64,000 nucleotides of DNA from the human T2T-CHM13v2.0 reference genome, Homo sapiens, in the NCBI RefSeq assembly GCF_009914755.1, contig NC_060942.1; one strand, given 5' to 3'. How positions within the stretch are numbered: the stretch's first letter is position 1; each line of letters begins with the position of its first letter. Below the pieces are notes generated by a model. It worked only from the letters and a program-made list of their open reading frames with translations, was not told where the DNA came from and ran no database searches. Shown piece by piece: positions 14,301 to 26,886 of the stretch. The position numbers and the translations under genes are program-made.

Positions 14301-16594
14301 TTCAAAGGGAGAACACAGGAAGAAGGGATAATATGGGGACATTATTTATCACTGCACTATTCTAAAGGTAATATGGCTAAACATTAAAAGAATTTTAATA
14401 AAAAGTTTTAATTACTTTTAATAATTTTTTATAAAAGCATTCATTTAAAAGTTTTTTTAGTACATGTATTATATCAATAACTACAGAATGTTTCTCTACC
14501 CCATCCTCAGCTTTTTTTTTTTTTTTTCTCTGAGACAGAATTTGGGACTGTCTACACCACTGGGATAACCCAGGCTCAGAATTTGTTATTATTTATCTTA
14601 AATGGCATCTCCCTTTCCTGCTATTTCTTCCATACTATGTGAAAAAAAAAAATCATATTTCTCAAAGATGATGTGGCATGGTCTGTGTTTGAAAAAGAAA
14701 AGAAAATGAAAGAAAGGGAAAAAACAACACTGATCCTGCAGTTGTTCACAGTGAGGTCCACCTATCAGAGCTGAAAATAACCTATATTTTATTTCCCTTA
14801 TTTTCAGAAAACCGCCGAGGACACAGGGGTGGCCGAGTGGCCAGCTGTGCCCTGAAATGCCTGAAGCCATTGCAATCAGTGTTCCACTGTCTGAGGCTCC
14901 CAAAATGAAACACTTTGAACACTCATTCAAAGGTGTGAAAGCATGAAATTGGCACAATGGCCAGCCACCGCAGCACTTCCCATTTTTTTTGCACTGCCTT
15001 CTGCTTCCCTTGTCTGCCCTTTCTGCTCTTTGTCCCTTGATTCTGACAGTTCTTCAAATGTCTGCTTAAAGAGCTGTGGCAGCCTGGGAGAGAGAACTGG
15101 AACGTGTTCTGAGAGAAGTCTCTATCTTGAAGTAAAGAAAGCTGAGGAAAAACAATTGCATTCAAAAAGCCCTGAAAAAGCTGACTTAGATATGGGCCAT
15201 GATACAAGAGATGGTATTTCTCAGGAATGGACCCTGAGAAGGAGGGTGCATACATTTAGATATGTTAGTGGTTTGGTCAATTGTTGATTAAAATCTAAAA
15301 ACTTCAGTCTTAAAACTGCCTTTTTAGAGAACAACTATGTCCTTGTGATCTTACCTTTCATCTCTGTCCTCTCAACTGGATTCAATTAGAGCATTCTGCT
15401 TAGGACTTTGGGATGGTCTCACATGACCCTTGCTTATATACTAGAATCTATCACAGTTTCTGCCAAGTTGACTTCCCAGTATTTTTATCTCATGTATTGT
15501 TGAATGAAACGAAGGCACAGCAAGTTCATATTTCACTCAGCAACTGTTTTGGAGAAAGTTGCTTAAAATGAGCCTGTATATTACTGACACATCCCAGATT
15601 GTCACAGAAAATTCACTCCTCCCCTTCTGTGACTTTACTCATTTTTCTTTAGAATTCCTTCTGTCTCTAGTTTTTTTCATTTGTAGAGAGATGGTATTTG
15701 TATCATCCTACGTGTTTTTGTTATTCCATGAAATTTCTTCTATGTTCATCATCCTTACCCAGCCCTCTTCCATTTCTTGTAGTAGCCAGGGCAGTCTAGA
15801 TTTTCTGCCTCAGGGACAGGAGGTTACAACAGAGCCACAAATAACAACAAAAAAGTCAATTCTCAATTTTGTTTAGTTTTAAAATAGATTTTTAAAACTC
15901 AAAGTGGAAAGAGAAGGCTTTTGAATCTCAAAACTGAGTCTCAAAACTCAGTCTATGCCAACAGACTGTAAGAAGAAACAATAGATGTAAGAAGAATGTC
16001 TGGTGATGAAAGCTGGTATTTCTATTCTGGAATTGGCAAATATTAAATGGACTTCAGGAAAGATGAATGTCAGAGAGGAAATAAGAAATAGATGTTGGTG
16101 ACCATCCCAAGAAGGGGCAACATTTTTATTAGACTAGAGGTACTAATTATAATGCCAAGTAAATGGAACATAAATGCATATTGTTTGTGATGCAAATGGT
16201 GCCTCCTTGGTCAGAGATCATGAGCCACCCCTTGCAATCTTTCCTTTCTCAGTCTTATACCTCTCCTAAGATACAGACTACACACAGACTTGCATGAAAG
16301 TTGTTTATACACTTTTGCTCTTTGCTTGATTATAAGTCATTTGAGAGAAAATACTGCCTTTTTCAGAATATTTACCATATGAGACTCTTAGCCAATCCCA
16401 GACAAATAAAATAAAACAGATTTTTCTTAGTAGACTTATCATTTAGTAGGGCCACATATTAAGCTGGCATGCTGTTCTATATGTCAGCCTTTTTCTATTG
16501 TGTGTATGCTTTTATACACACATCTACATATGTCTGTTTATATGATAGAAGGGTCGGGGCCTGGAGAAAAATATAATATTTATTTAATAATGCA

Positions 16595-17124
16595 TCATTT
16601 AGGATGCTTTAAGATTCAGAATGCTGAAAATATGCCTTAAATTAGCTTACACAATAAAGAAAATGAAGTATCTCAATAATAGTTAAGCACTGAGGTCCAT
16701 TACTAGGCTAATTCAGTGGCTTCATGATGACGTTTGAACGTGGGTTGCTTCTGCCTTTTAGTTCTATCTTTCTCTACATGCTGTCTTTGCCTTTGCCTAA
16801 TGTCCTTCATTGATGCCCATGGCAATATCAGTTTAGGTGCCCTATACAGGAACATAACATTCAAAAGAGCAAGTATTTCTTCCTCATGTTCTTTGTGAAG
16901 TGAGGGAACCTTTCAAAGAAGCTCCCAGGAGACCACCCCTCACTTCTTCATTGGTCAGAGACAGTCCATTGGCAAACTCTAAATTAGTCTCTGGCAAAAA
17001 ACATTAGGACTCCAAGTTGCTTAAATTATTGAGAATTATCCAAGTCACATTGGAGAGGATTGGGCACTCCAGAGAAATGTAGTTTTGCCTGCAAGGAAGA
17101 AAAAAGCAATGGTGATAATGTCTG

Positions 17125-17128
<4 letters not shown>
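16595..17128 (-). mobile_element. Old MaLR LTR (MLT1K/L-like)
   Basis: TTTAGGATGCTTT start, ATTCAGTGGCTTCATGATG, CCTCACTTCTTCATTGGTCAGA, GCAAGGAAGAA motifs; highly diverged. Confidence 0.5.

Positions 17129-17164
<36 letters not shown>
17128..17164. repeat. (TAA)n microsatellite at a MIR tail
   Basis: About 12 TAA units, directly visible. Confidence 0.95.
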
Positions 17165-17165
<1 letters not shown>

Positions 17166-17375
17166 GTAACTAACATTTGTTGAGAGGTTACCCTATTTGA
17201 GGCACTGTGCTAAATAGGTAACTATAAAACGCACTTGATAAACATGGCAACTCTGCAACAGATACGCATTCTGAAACTAACACAATTGAATAGACATGTC
17301 CAAGGTTACATAGATAATAAATGACAAAGAGGAGAGTAGAGATTTAAAGTGATGACTGTCTGTCTTCAGAGCAAT
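17165..17375 (-). mobile_element. MIR SINE remnant
   Basis: TAACTAACATTTGTTGAG..GGCACTGTGCTAA..TGTCCAAGGTTACATAGATAATAAATGACAAAG. Confidence 0.7.
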
Positions 17376-20300
17376 TACTCGTTCTGGTGTTCCACAGTGA
17401 AGTCTATGAATGAGCATATGCTTTTGAAGCCTGTGAGTTTGGATAGAGATGTGTTTTGTTAGTTCAGTGAACTCTTTGCTGGAACCACCATGGCCACTTC
17501 CTTTAACATGTAATAGGCTAATCTAAACATAGTACTTGCTGACTGTAAATTTTCTTGTAATTGGAATATAAAAGCTGGTTTCAAATCTCTCTTTCAGCCT
17601 TTCCATTAATGATCTGTTTTAGAGTCACTCAAAATCTGAATTTCTTTTCAATTAGACTGACTTAGAGGAGGCTAGAAGCTGGGCATAGTGGATGATTCAA
17701 TCAGTCTAAGGCAGGGACTTGTGAAATTTGACCGTGACTCATTTCTTCTCCTTAAAGACAAATATTACTAAGAAATAGCAAAGCTGTATCCTCAGACAGT
17801 TCTTTGCAAGTTGCCAAAGGCAGCTTCCACTGAATTACCCATCACTGGAGCTTCAAACTGGCGCTCAGATCTCATTTTAAGAGGAGACAATCATTATATG
17901 TGAGTGTTATTTTTATAATCGCCAAACTCATATGGTTTCATAAAGCATTTGGGAGAGTTTCAAGCTGAACATCCCTCTACATCCCTCCCTTCAAATCCAA
18001 ATGCCAAGGTTACTCTACTGTTCCTGCCTAGCCACAGCCTCTCCAGTCACTCAGCAGTTAAGAACAAACCTTCCCTACATGTTGACAACCTCATTGCTTC
18101 TATGTTTAAGTCCTCTAGCAACTCCAGGTTTTATGTAAAGATCCAAAGCAGTTCTTGACTCCACACTGACACATTGTTGTACAGCTGTTTAATGTGAGGG
18201 GTGATGGGGGGTGGAATTAGTGATTATCTAAACCCCAAAAGCACTGAGGGGTTCCTTACCAGGATTGCTGCTGAGGATGAGGATTCTCTTCCAGTTATTG
18301 TCAACTACAGTGTCCGGCAAATGGCCGACCCATAATAGGTGTTCTGAATAAATCTTTTCTAATTTGCCTTAATTTACCTTTTACTTAGTTTAGCTGTCTC
18401 CACCTCAGTCTAAGAATATATTCTGAGGTAGAAACATACAGCAGTATGAACAGGGAGGGCGTCATGAGTAGATTAGATACATTCAACACTGCTAGAGCAG
18501 AAATGGCCTGTAAATGTTTATTTACCAATCATCTTCTATGCGACAAAATTTTACTCATTTTTTCTTGTGTAATTCTTTTCTCCTTTATTTTTTGCTCATA
18601 TCTAATGTATTTTTGGCCCAGTGACAGACATTGCCCCCTATTCAGACGGGGAACTACTAAATATTCTTAAAATGCAAGCATCCCTGCTAAATATCTACCC
18701 TGCTTTACTCAACCGAAATGCTGAAAGACGCAAGACTACATCCATCAGCTTCTTAGATGCATTGACAAAATAAAAAATTCAACATATTCACAGGCCTCCA
18801 TCTACTCTTTTTTGTGATTCTGTGGCCTCAAGCTGCTTACTGCCAATTAGATTTTGCCTTAATATGCTAACATTAAATAAGGGAATTGGGCGCTAAATAA
18901 TTAAGTTGTGAGAACTAAAAAACTAAAGCAATCTATTAATACAATATGAACATCCCTTGATTATATTTGCAGAGTGAATTTACCTGATTTAAATGGTGAA
19001 TTAAAAGTGAAAGTTAAATTGAAATTTAGAAGAAAATGTGATAATAAACCACCACCATTCTTTTTTATTTTTATTATTTTTCCATTTTGCCTTTTCAGAT
19101 ATTAGAGCCTCCACTTGGTCATACTACTCACATAAAGGCACATCTTGATCATAAGGCCACAAGAGGTATCTCTTAATTGATATACTAGCTTTTACAAAAA
19201 TACTCATACTCAGTCTTCTCATAACCCCCATCCTAGAGGAAATATTTCTACTGCATTTAATAGATATTACTTTGTAATTGTTCTTGTAAATTTGTGGACT
19301 GGTGTTTTATTGCATGACATTTGAAATCATGTAAAAGGTATTGTGGCTTGCTTTCTTCACTTGCTAATATTCTTGGTAAAACCAGGCATCTCAGGGTCAA
19401 TATCTCTTCTCTTTGCAGCTCTTTAATGAAAATTTTCATGTGTGTGCAGTGTCTTGTTCATTGTGTCAGTGAGGAGCTTTATGAGACATTTTCCAGTCCC
19501 CAAGAAAATACTTTGGAAAAAACAAAGAACCAAATCCTTTTCTCATGTAATAGACACGGACTAAAGCAAAAGGTCAGTCTAAGAATGAAGACCATAGAGA
19601 GCATCAGGCCTTGGTGATTAAGGTCAGGAGCTCCATTCCTAGATCCAGGATATTGTAGGGTAAGGTTTAGCTGGGACCTGAGGAATCCTGTGAAAATAAA
19701 GAGGTTAGATTTTTGTCCAGTAGGTTGACCTTGCTGTGATGATGATGTTATCTTGAAGTCCCCCCATCGGGGGAGGGGAGGTCCTGAGGCTCATGTCTCC
19801 TGCCCTGGGTGTAGCTGAAACTGCAGCTGAGAGACTAATAAGCTTAGATTTGAGGTGGGGAGTGGAACTGAGGAAATCAGGGGCCCTAAACAAAGAGAAC
19901 TAAGGACCGACAGGGAAGCACCCAGTACAAGGGACATCAAAGACCTGCTAGAACAAAGGCCTGCCCTTGGGAGGGCAAGTCAGGCCTCCTTTGGTGAGCA
20001 TATGAATATACATACATTGAAAATCCCTGACTGTGAGAAGGTTAAGGGAGGAGACAGCAAAGTGAAAAACAACCAAATAAATAAAAGCCAACCAAATAAA
20101 GAGTCATAAATACTTTCTGAATTTCTCATAAAGTCCACACTATCTATTCTGTTTCCTTGAAAAATTGAATTATGATTCTTGAAAATCACAGCCTTATTGT
20201 ATTTTTCCACGGTCTCGCGTTAATAGATGATGAATCGTTAAGCAGCACCTGCCACAGACAAGAACCTTTTGCAGTCACAGTGCATTTTCACCCTGTGAAC

Positions 20301-20454
20301 TGCAATTAAGCCCATATTTTTGCTTCCCAATCTATCTCATTAGCACAGATTTGAAAAATAACTAACTACAAAAGTTTCACATTTGCATGTAGAGACTTAA
20401 TAAATTTCCCTTTCCTGACTTGTAGCCTGGAAATTCTGAGTGGAAAAAATAAAA

Positions 20455-20630
20455 TATATGGAGTCAGAAGGCCTGGGTTTGAGTACTATTTCTGTCACTT
20501 TGTTTTGTTTTATTTATTTGACTTGAACAAATGTATCTCAGCATCCAAATTTATAAAATGAGGTTAATATTAACCACTTGACAAGAGTTGGAAGGATAAA
20601 ATAGAATGAAATAAAATACATGAAAGTTAT
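20455..20630 (+). mobile_element. MIR SINE remnant
   Basis: TGGAGTCAGAAGGCCTGGGTTTGAGT..TGACTTGAACAA..TATAAAATGAGG. Confidence 0.7.
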
Positions 20631-20643
20631 AGTGTCAGATTTA

Positions 20644-20646
<3 letters not shown>

Positions 20647-20686
<40 letters not shown>
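20647..20686. repeat. (CA)n microsatellite
   Basis: About 20 AC units, directly visible. Confidence 0.97.
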
Positions 20687-20688
<2 letters not shown>

Positions 20689-21461
20689 AATGCTTACATA
20701 TACCATTCATTCACCATGTGCACTTTAATGTTTTAATGTTTTGGAAAGTTTTCTAATGATGGACACTCAGAATGCTTCCTGCATCTCCTTGAAGTGCTCG
20801 CCCTTAGATCTCAATATATATTAATTTAATTATTTCAGACTTAACTATTCCCATGATCTAAGGGACGCCATATAGTCCTACACTATTAAGATGGAAACCT
20901 TTCATAGCAGGTAACCTACTCCCTTTATTTCCTGTGTTTCCTCTCCTACTCAAACAATGACTCCACGTTAATTTCACTAAATCACTACTTCTCACATAGT
21001 ATGACTCTACTTAAAAACATCCATGAGTTTCTCATTTTCTACAAAATAAGATCCAAATAAAGATCTCACTTCTTACAGGAATCTATCTTTGAATATCCTA
21101 TGCACATGATATTTTATTCTTCTCTGAATTCACATTTATTCAACTTCTATGATCCTATCATATTTTCTTCTCTACTCTAGCTACTAGTTGCTGTGTGTTT
21201 TTCTTGGAGGACTGGGAGAAAAGAAATCATATCCTTTTCTTGTGCATCTCCCACAGTATCTGCTCCATTACCCTGCAAATAAGAGTCCCTCTTTCATTTT
21301 TGTTGATATTAATATTAATGATAATACCATGCAACATCAAAACCACACATAGTTTGGTGTACCTATCTCAAAGGCAAATTACCCATAAAGTAAACATAGA
21401 TTATTTTATCACAATCCCACACATAGATATATAAGTTCTTTACATTTATTATAGAATGAGA

Positions 21462-21490
21462 GACAGACAGGGACAGACAGACACACACAC

Positions 21491-21541
<51 letters not shown>

Positions 21542-21568
21542 GAGAGGACAGGAGAGGAGAGGAGAGAG
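21462..21568. repeat. Compound (GACA)/(CA)/(GA)n/(GGAGA)n microsatellite
   Basis: Directly visible; about 21 GA units from 21493. Confidence 0.95.
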
Positions 21569-23224
21569 TTATTGCACTTTAACAAAGGTTCCTGCTATGC
21601 TGGCCTTATCTGTGAGGTGAAGGCATGCCATTTTCTCTAATAAAGGTTTTTCTTTTCTAATGCAATGTCATCATTACCAGCTTAGATTCTTTAAGACTTT
21701 CTTATTCACAGGGAAATGAAGGAAACAGGTATCCAATGATTTCAAACCCACATACATTGATGCCTAAAATCTTCAACCCCCCGAATAAGTGAAATGGTCT
21801 GAATATGCAACCTGAAAAGGTCAAATTGGCCAAGAATATAATTGGACCCAAAATCACATTGTACTTAAAGCTACAGAAGGTTCGAACATGCCACCTTTCT
21901 GTCTCTCAAATACAGAGGGAAACATGGGTTTCACAGACCACAGGAAAAATGCACTGATTAATTACATGGTGATGTGATATTATTCCTGCCAGGATAGTCC
22001 CTCTGAAATGTCAGAAGGATTAGAAGTGCCACATCTTCCTCCCAGACTCTAATCTTAAAGGGCCCTAGGATGAAAACACAGCAATTACTTTCATAGACTG
22101 TGTCAATTTTACAATAGAAAAAAGAGCGTTCCCAACAGCAAATAATTATAGCACTGCTTAATGATTGATTTAACATAGAAAACCCATCTAATTCCTTTTG
22201 TCATTACAATCTACTGTACTAACAATCTAACAATGCTGCCTTCGTGGATAGACATTACATTAGCATTAAGAATAATGCTAATAAAACATGCAGTTTAACT
22301 TGTTATATTTTGAGTTGGCAGTGCTCCCCCATACACAGTTATTAGTGAAGCACACCTTCTAAGTGAGACCGACCAGCTGAGAATTTGCTTTTCAGCATCT
22401 GTGCGAATGCAAAAGAGCACTGTAACCCAAAGTAGTCTCCTGCATATTTCATACAGCAGGAAAGAATGTGTTTTCTGTTTTCCTAGGATATAATTCCAAA
22501 GACTGAAAAAACATAAGCTCTAGCAAATCGATTCATGATGATTCTAAATGGATCCCTATGTGGATGACATGCTAATACAAGTCCTGCAAAAGATTACCTA
22601 TGGAAATCCAGCTAGTCTACAAGTCAATAAGCATACTACATTCTAAAGAAAAAGAAAACAAAACAATCATGAGGTCTGTGTGGCTTTCTTGGGGTAAGTG
22701 ATATGGTGACAATAAGATCATCGCAAAACACTTAGAATGAAATTAGGAAAAGTGAAAGGAAAAGAAATGTGGAAAGTTGTCTTCCTCTACAATATTCCAC
22801 AGAAAATTGTATGAGTGATTAAGGAGTTTCCAAACCCTGGTTCTGTGAGAGCACCTCAGAGATTAGCTTCAGGCCAAGTCCAGCTGCCTAAATATCTAAT
22901 CCAATCAGTGGTTTACTGATTTACTGATTTATCCATGTAATAAACTAAAAATATTAACTGCAGGCCTATCCATGCTAGATGATTGGTGAAGACAAACATA
23001 AGAACAACACTTCCTGTTCTATGGTATAGTTACGGTGGATGGGTCCAGGCTCAGTGGACATTAATACACATATCATTGTGTTGGCTCTGCTAGAACCAGC
23101 TGGAGCTGTCAAGATGTGGAGTTCCAGATCTCATCTTTTCGGATGCCTCACTGGAAGCTCTGTGTCTCAATCAGCAGAAAGATCACTGTGCATCTAGGAT
23201 GCTTAGGTTGCCAGACGATCTGCA

Positions 23225-23415
23225 GTAAATCCAGCATCATCCACTTACTACCTGTATCACATTTGTCAAGTGGACTAATCTCGCTACACCTCTTTTACTC
23301 ATGTGTGAAATGGAAGTAACAGTTGAGCCCCCCACCTCCACCCCACTTAAGTGAATACATTCATGGAATGACCTTAGACCAGTACCTAGCACACTCAGTA
23401 TTTGTTAGCTATGAT
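23225..23415 (+). mobile_element. MIR SINE remnant
   Basis: CCACTTACTACCTGT..CTCATGTGTGAAATGG..AGACCAGTACCTAGCACACTCAGTATTTGTTAGCTAT. Confidence 0.6.
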
Positions 23416-26400
23416 TCCTATCCTCTTTGGAGGATCTAATTGTGCAGTGCTTCAGTGTACACTAATCTCTTTATTCTGACTCTCTTTAGTAAGATCTTCT
23501 GATGTTCAGTGGATAAATTATATATATTTTCTCTGAGAATAAAATGAATAAATGTATCATTCTATGCATTAATTCCATCAGACCAATCATTTATTGAAAT
23601 TATATGATTCAGAATTCTGTTTTTCATTTTGGTCTCCAGTGAAAATAGTTGGCAATAGTCTGTTCCTGATAGTCTGCTATTTGCTGGATATATCAAAATT
23701 TTAAATCTATTGAATATGAAACACAAATATGATCCTACCATATAATTACCACCGACAAACCATGACTCAGTTTGCAACCAGATCTCTCGTTGCTGCTCAC
23801 GGATTACAACTTCATATTTAACATTGTTAATAAAAATAGTATACAGTATCTTTGGATGTGTGACTTGAAGTAGAAAGGTACTCCTCTTCTGTCTTCTAGG
23901 AAACTCTTTGGTAGCTTGAGGCAGGATTGATGGTTGACTCAGAGAATCAAGTCTTTCTCAGGCTTCCTACTGATGAGTTATCTTTTCTCTTTCCCCCTCT
24001 TCCCTTCCCACTTTTTCCTCCTTCCCTCTTTCCTTTTCTCTCCCTCCCTTTTTCTTTTGCACATAGACCTTTCTTTCGAGAAAATTCTACCTCTTCCCAT
24101 AGAAGAGGAAAAAGCTTGTCCCTAGATATTTTCTGGGATTTTATAAACTTGGGATTTTATTGTATGACAAACTTCATAAAATTTTGTCAAACAATAATGG
24201 AAAGGTTTGCAAGGTGGTGAAATTAAGTTCTACAACCTTGAGATTTCTACTTATAAAAGTAGGGAAGGTGTTATCACTTAAAATCAGCTTCTATATTGGA
24301 AAAATCAATGGTTGATTTTCATTTACTCAAGATACAAACACTGGGTTTTCTCAGAATACATAACATTTGATTAAAATGTATTCCCCTATTAGCATGATTT
24401 TGATGTTGACCCTCTCAATAAAGCAAGAAAAGAAAGATTAAAAAAAACCTTCATCGTATAGAGAATTTGGCTCTTAGCATCTTTAACCAGCTTTCTTTTC
24501 CCTCTAGGAGTAGTGATGCCACTTTTGATTATATTATTTGGAAATCAAAATCCTCCCATTTCCTTGGAGAGGGCTAGGAGTATGGATTTCCAGTTCATCC
24601 TATCATTCTTTCTTCATTGAAAATTATTTATAATTTCACATACATATTTCAATAAATCCCTACTTCAATCCGGTAGCAGAGTTGAGACATGGCTATTTAT
24701 TGTCATTAAATGGACTCTTCCTCCAATCCCCATCTCTCACTATATTACTTGGATTGTTTTAAAAAGTGATCGATTAGGTTCTAGGCCATATCGAGCTCAG
24801 ATAATGATCAAGGGATTTTTCTAGTTGATAACCTTCTCTCCCAGTACTCACACACATTGTGTCAACCCACAGAGACATGCTAACCAAGTAATGAAGGGAG
24901 ATTATGGGATTAAAGTATGGGTTTTCAGAATAAACAGTGCACTGTGCCTGCTCCTGGGGTAAAATAAGGCTACTGCTCAGATAGACTGACTTTCCAGACT
25001 ATAGCAGTTACTTATACAGTAGAAATAATTAAAAATATATAAAATGAAGACTTTTAGTTTAAACTTTGAAATTTGTTTTTTTTTTCAATCATTGATACTT
25101 ACAATATATGTGTTTTTAACACACTTACGATTTTTGTTTTTTGCTCCAAGGGTCTTAGGCTAGGAGTTTGGCCATCTGTGCATGGCCGCAGTCTAAGTAA
25201 CCAAAGGTGAACCTCTTTTTGTTTTCTGTTTGTCTTTTTCCTCCTAATTCAAAGAAGGTAGTAACAGTGCTATCCATTTTCCCCAGACTTATTTAGATGA
25301 CAAGATGAGATAATGCAATGAAATAGGTACTATATGTATCAATACCAATAATTACTATCAATTGTATCATAATTATTTTGCCTTAGATTGCTGAGGTAAA
25401 GTCAAAGGAGTAAGACATAGACTTCAAAAAAGTTCTGATAAACAGTGGCTTTCAATGGGAAAAATATCAAATTTAAGGAGATCTTCTGCAATATGGCTGT
25501 GACTATCTATAAACATACCTCTTACCCATCTGATTAATAAATTATTCAGCCAGGCTCTTCTCAATATCCAACTCACTCATTCATTCCCACATGTGTGACC
25601 TGCTTTCATAATTCTGGAGTGCCTTCCCCATCCCCTTTCCACTTAACCACATGATACCCATATTTCAAGACGAGTATATACCTTCCTTTATTCCTAAAGA
25701 CTGAAACTGTCAGTTTTTTGTACTGTCACCACAAAGCAAAGAACCCACTGCCTGGAGCATGGGAATTCAACATATGCTTCTTAAATAAGTGATGAAACAC
25801 CTAGTCTACCACAAGACTAAGTATTTATTCCATGGGACAATCTTATCCCCACCAGGGTACAATATTGGAACAATAGCACTTATTTTTTATACTATAAACT
25901 CAACAATTAAACTCATAAATTTAGTAATTTTATTATGTTCAAGTCCTCTTTCCCTAACTAATTTATGAACATTTTGAAGATAAAACTGAGAGAGAACCAT
26001 TTCTCCTATGTTCATAGCAGACAGTATGTGTTCTCTCTTCTGGGTATTCAAATTTATTGTAAATATCATGTTACTCAATACATACTTTGTATGCATGGAA
26101 ATATGAAAATGCAGATGTTGATATGAGACATACAAAGCATTTGCATTGAAAAACTTCCTAAAAGTGTTCAAGGATGGAATTTCATACATTATCAGATTTT
26201 TATTCCCTGCCTAAATTTTCAGTTGGCATAAATTAAGGATTAAATATTTCCAGAGTTATTGAGGAATAGTTCTCTGTGTGTGTTTATGTGTATGACTTAC
26301 AGACAAGTCCATTAGACATAATTATAAACTTCAACTGCTCATTTATTCAATTTATTTTTGTGACAGTCAATGTCTATGGAATATCTGATTCTCTCCATGT

Positions 26401-26666
26401 TACAGTGGATCATTCTGTTAGACATATAAAATGGCTACACCTTTCAAGAGAGGGAAGGCTGTAGTTATAGCTATTTGCAGATTTTATTATCTCAAAAACT
26501 TCTAATTGTAACATATTTTAGCCATATTTCTCAAATATAAGACTCTAGCATAGACAGGCTAAGTGCAGAAATATGAAATCATGCTGAATCATTTCTCGGC
26601 ATAGTTACAAAGTTTGGCTTTGTTTTCTTCCAGAAGTTGCTACTACTTCCCGTTGAACACATAGAA

Positions 26667-26886
26667 CAAGCATGTCCAACCCATGGTCCATGGGCTGCAT
26701 GTAGCTTTGTACAGCTTTGAATGTGGCCCAATACAAATTTATAAACTTTCTTAAAAACACAATGAGGCCTTTTTGCAATTTTTTTCTTTAGCTCATCAGC
26801 TATCATTAGTGTATTTTATGTGTGGCCTAAGACAATTCTTCTTCTTCCAGTGTATCCTGGGGAAGCCAAAACACTGGACCCCTCTG
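26667..26886 (-). mobile_element. MER30 hAT-Charlie MITE
   Basis: CAAGCATGTCCAACCC..TTAGCTCATCAGCTATCATTAGTGT..GACAATTCTTCTTCTTCCA..GGGAAGCCAAAA..TGGACCCCTCTG; 8-bp TSD-like ACATAGAA/AAATAGAC. Confidence 0.88.

Noticed and set aside
14943-15287. 114-aa ATG ORF (MKLAQWPATAALP..) and overlapping minus-strand ORFs
   Set aside because: No recognisable domain or family; ORFs of this length in both directions are expected by chance in 64 kb.
24508-24620. Reading frame GVVMPLLIILFGNQ.. after a strong acceptor, superficially like a transporter TM segment
   Set aside because: Hits a stop within ~37 codons, has no donor and no partner exons; resemblance too short to count.
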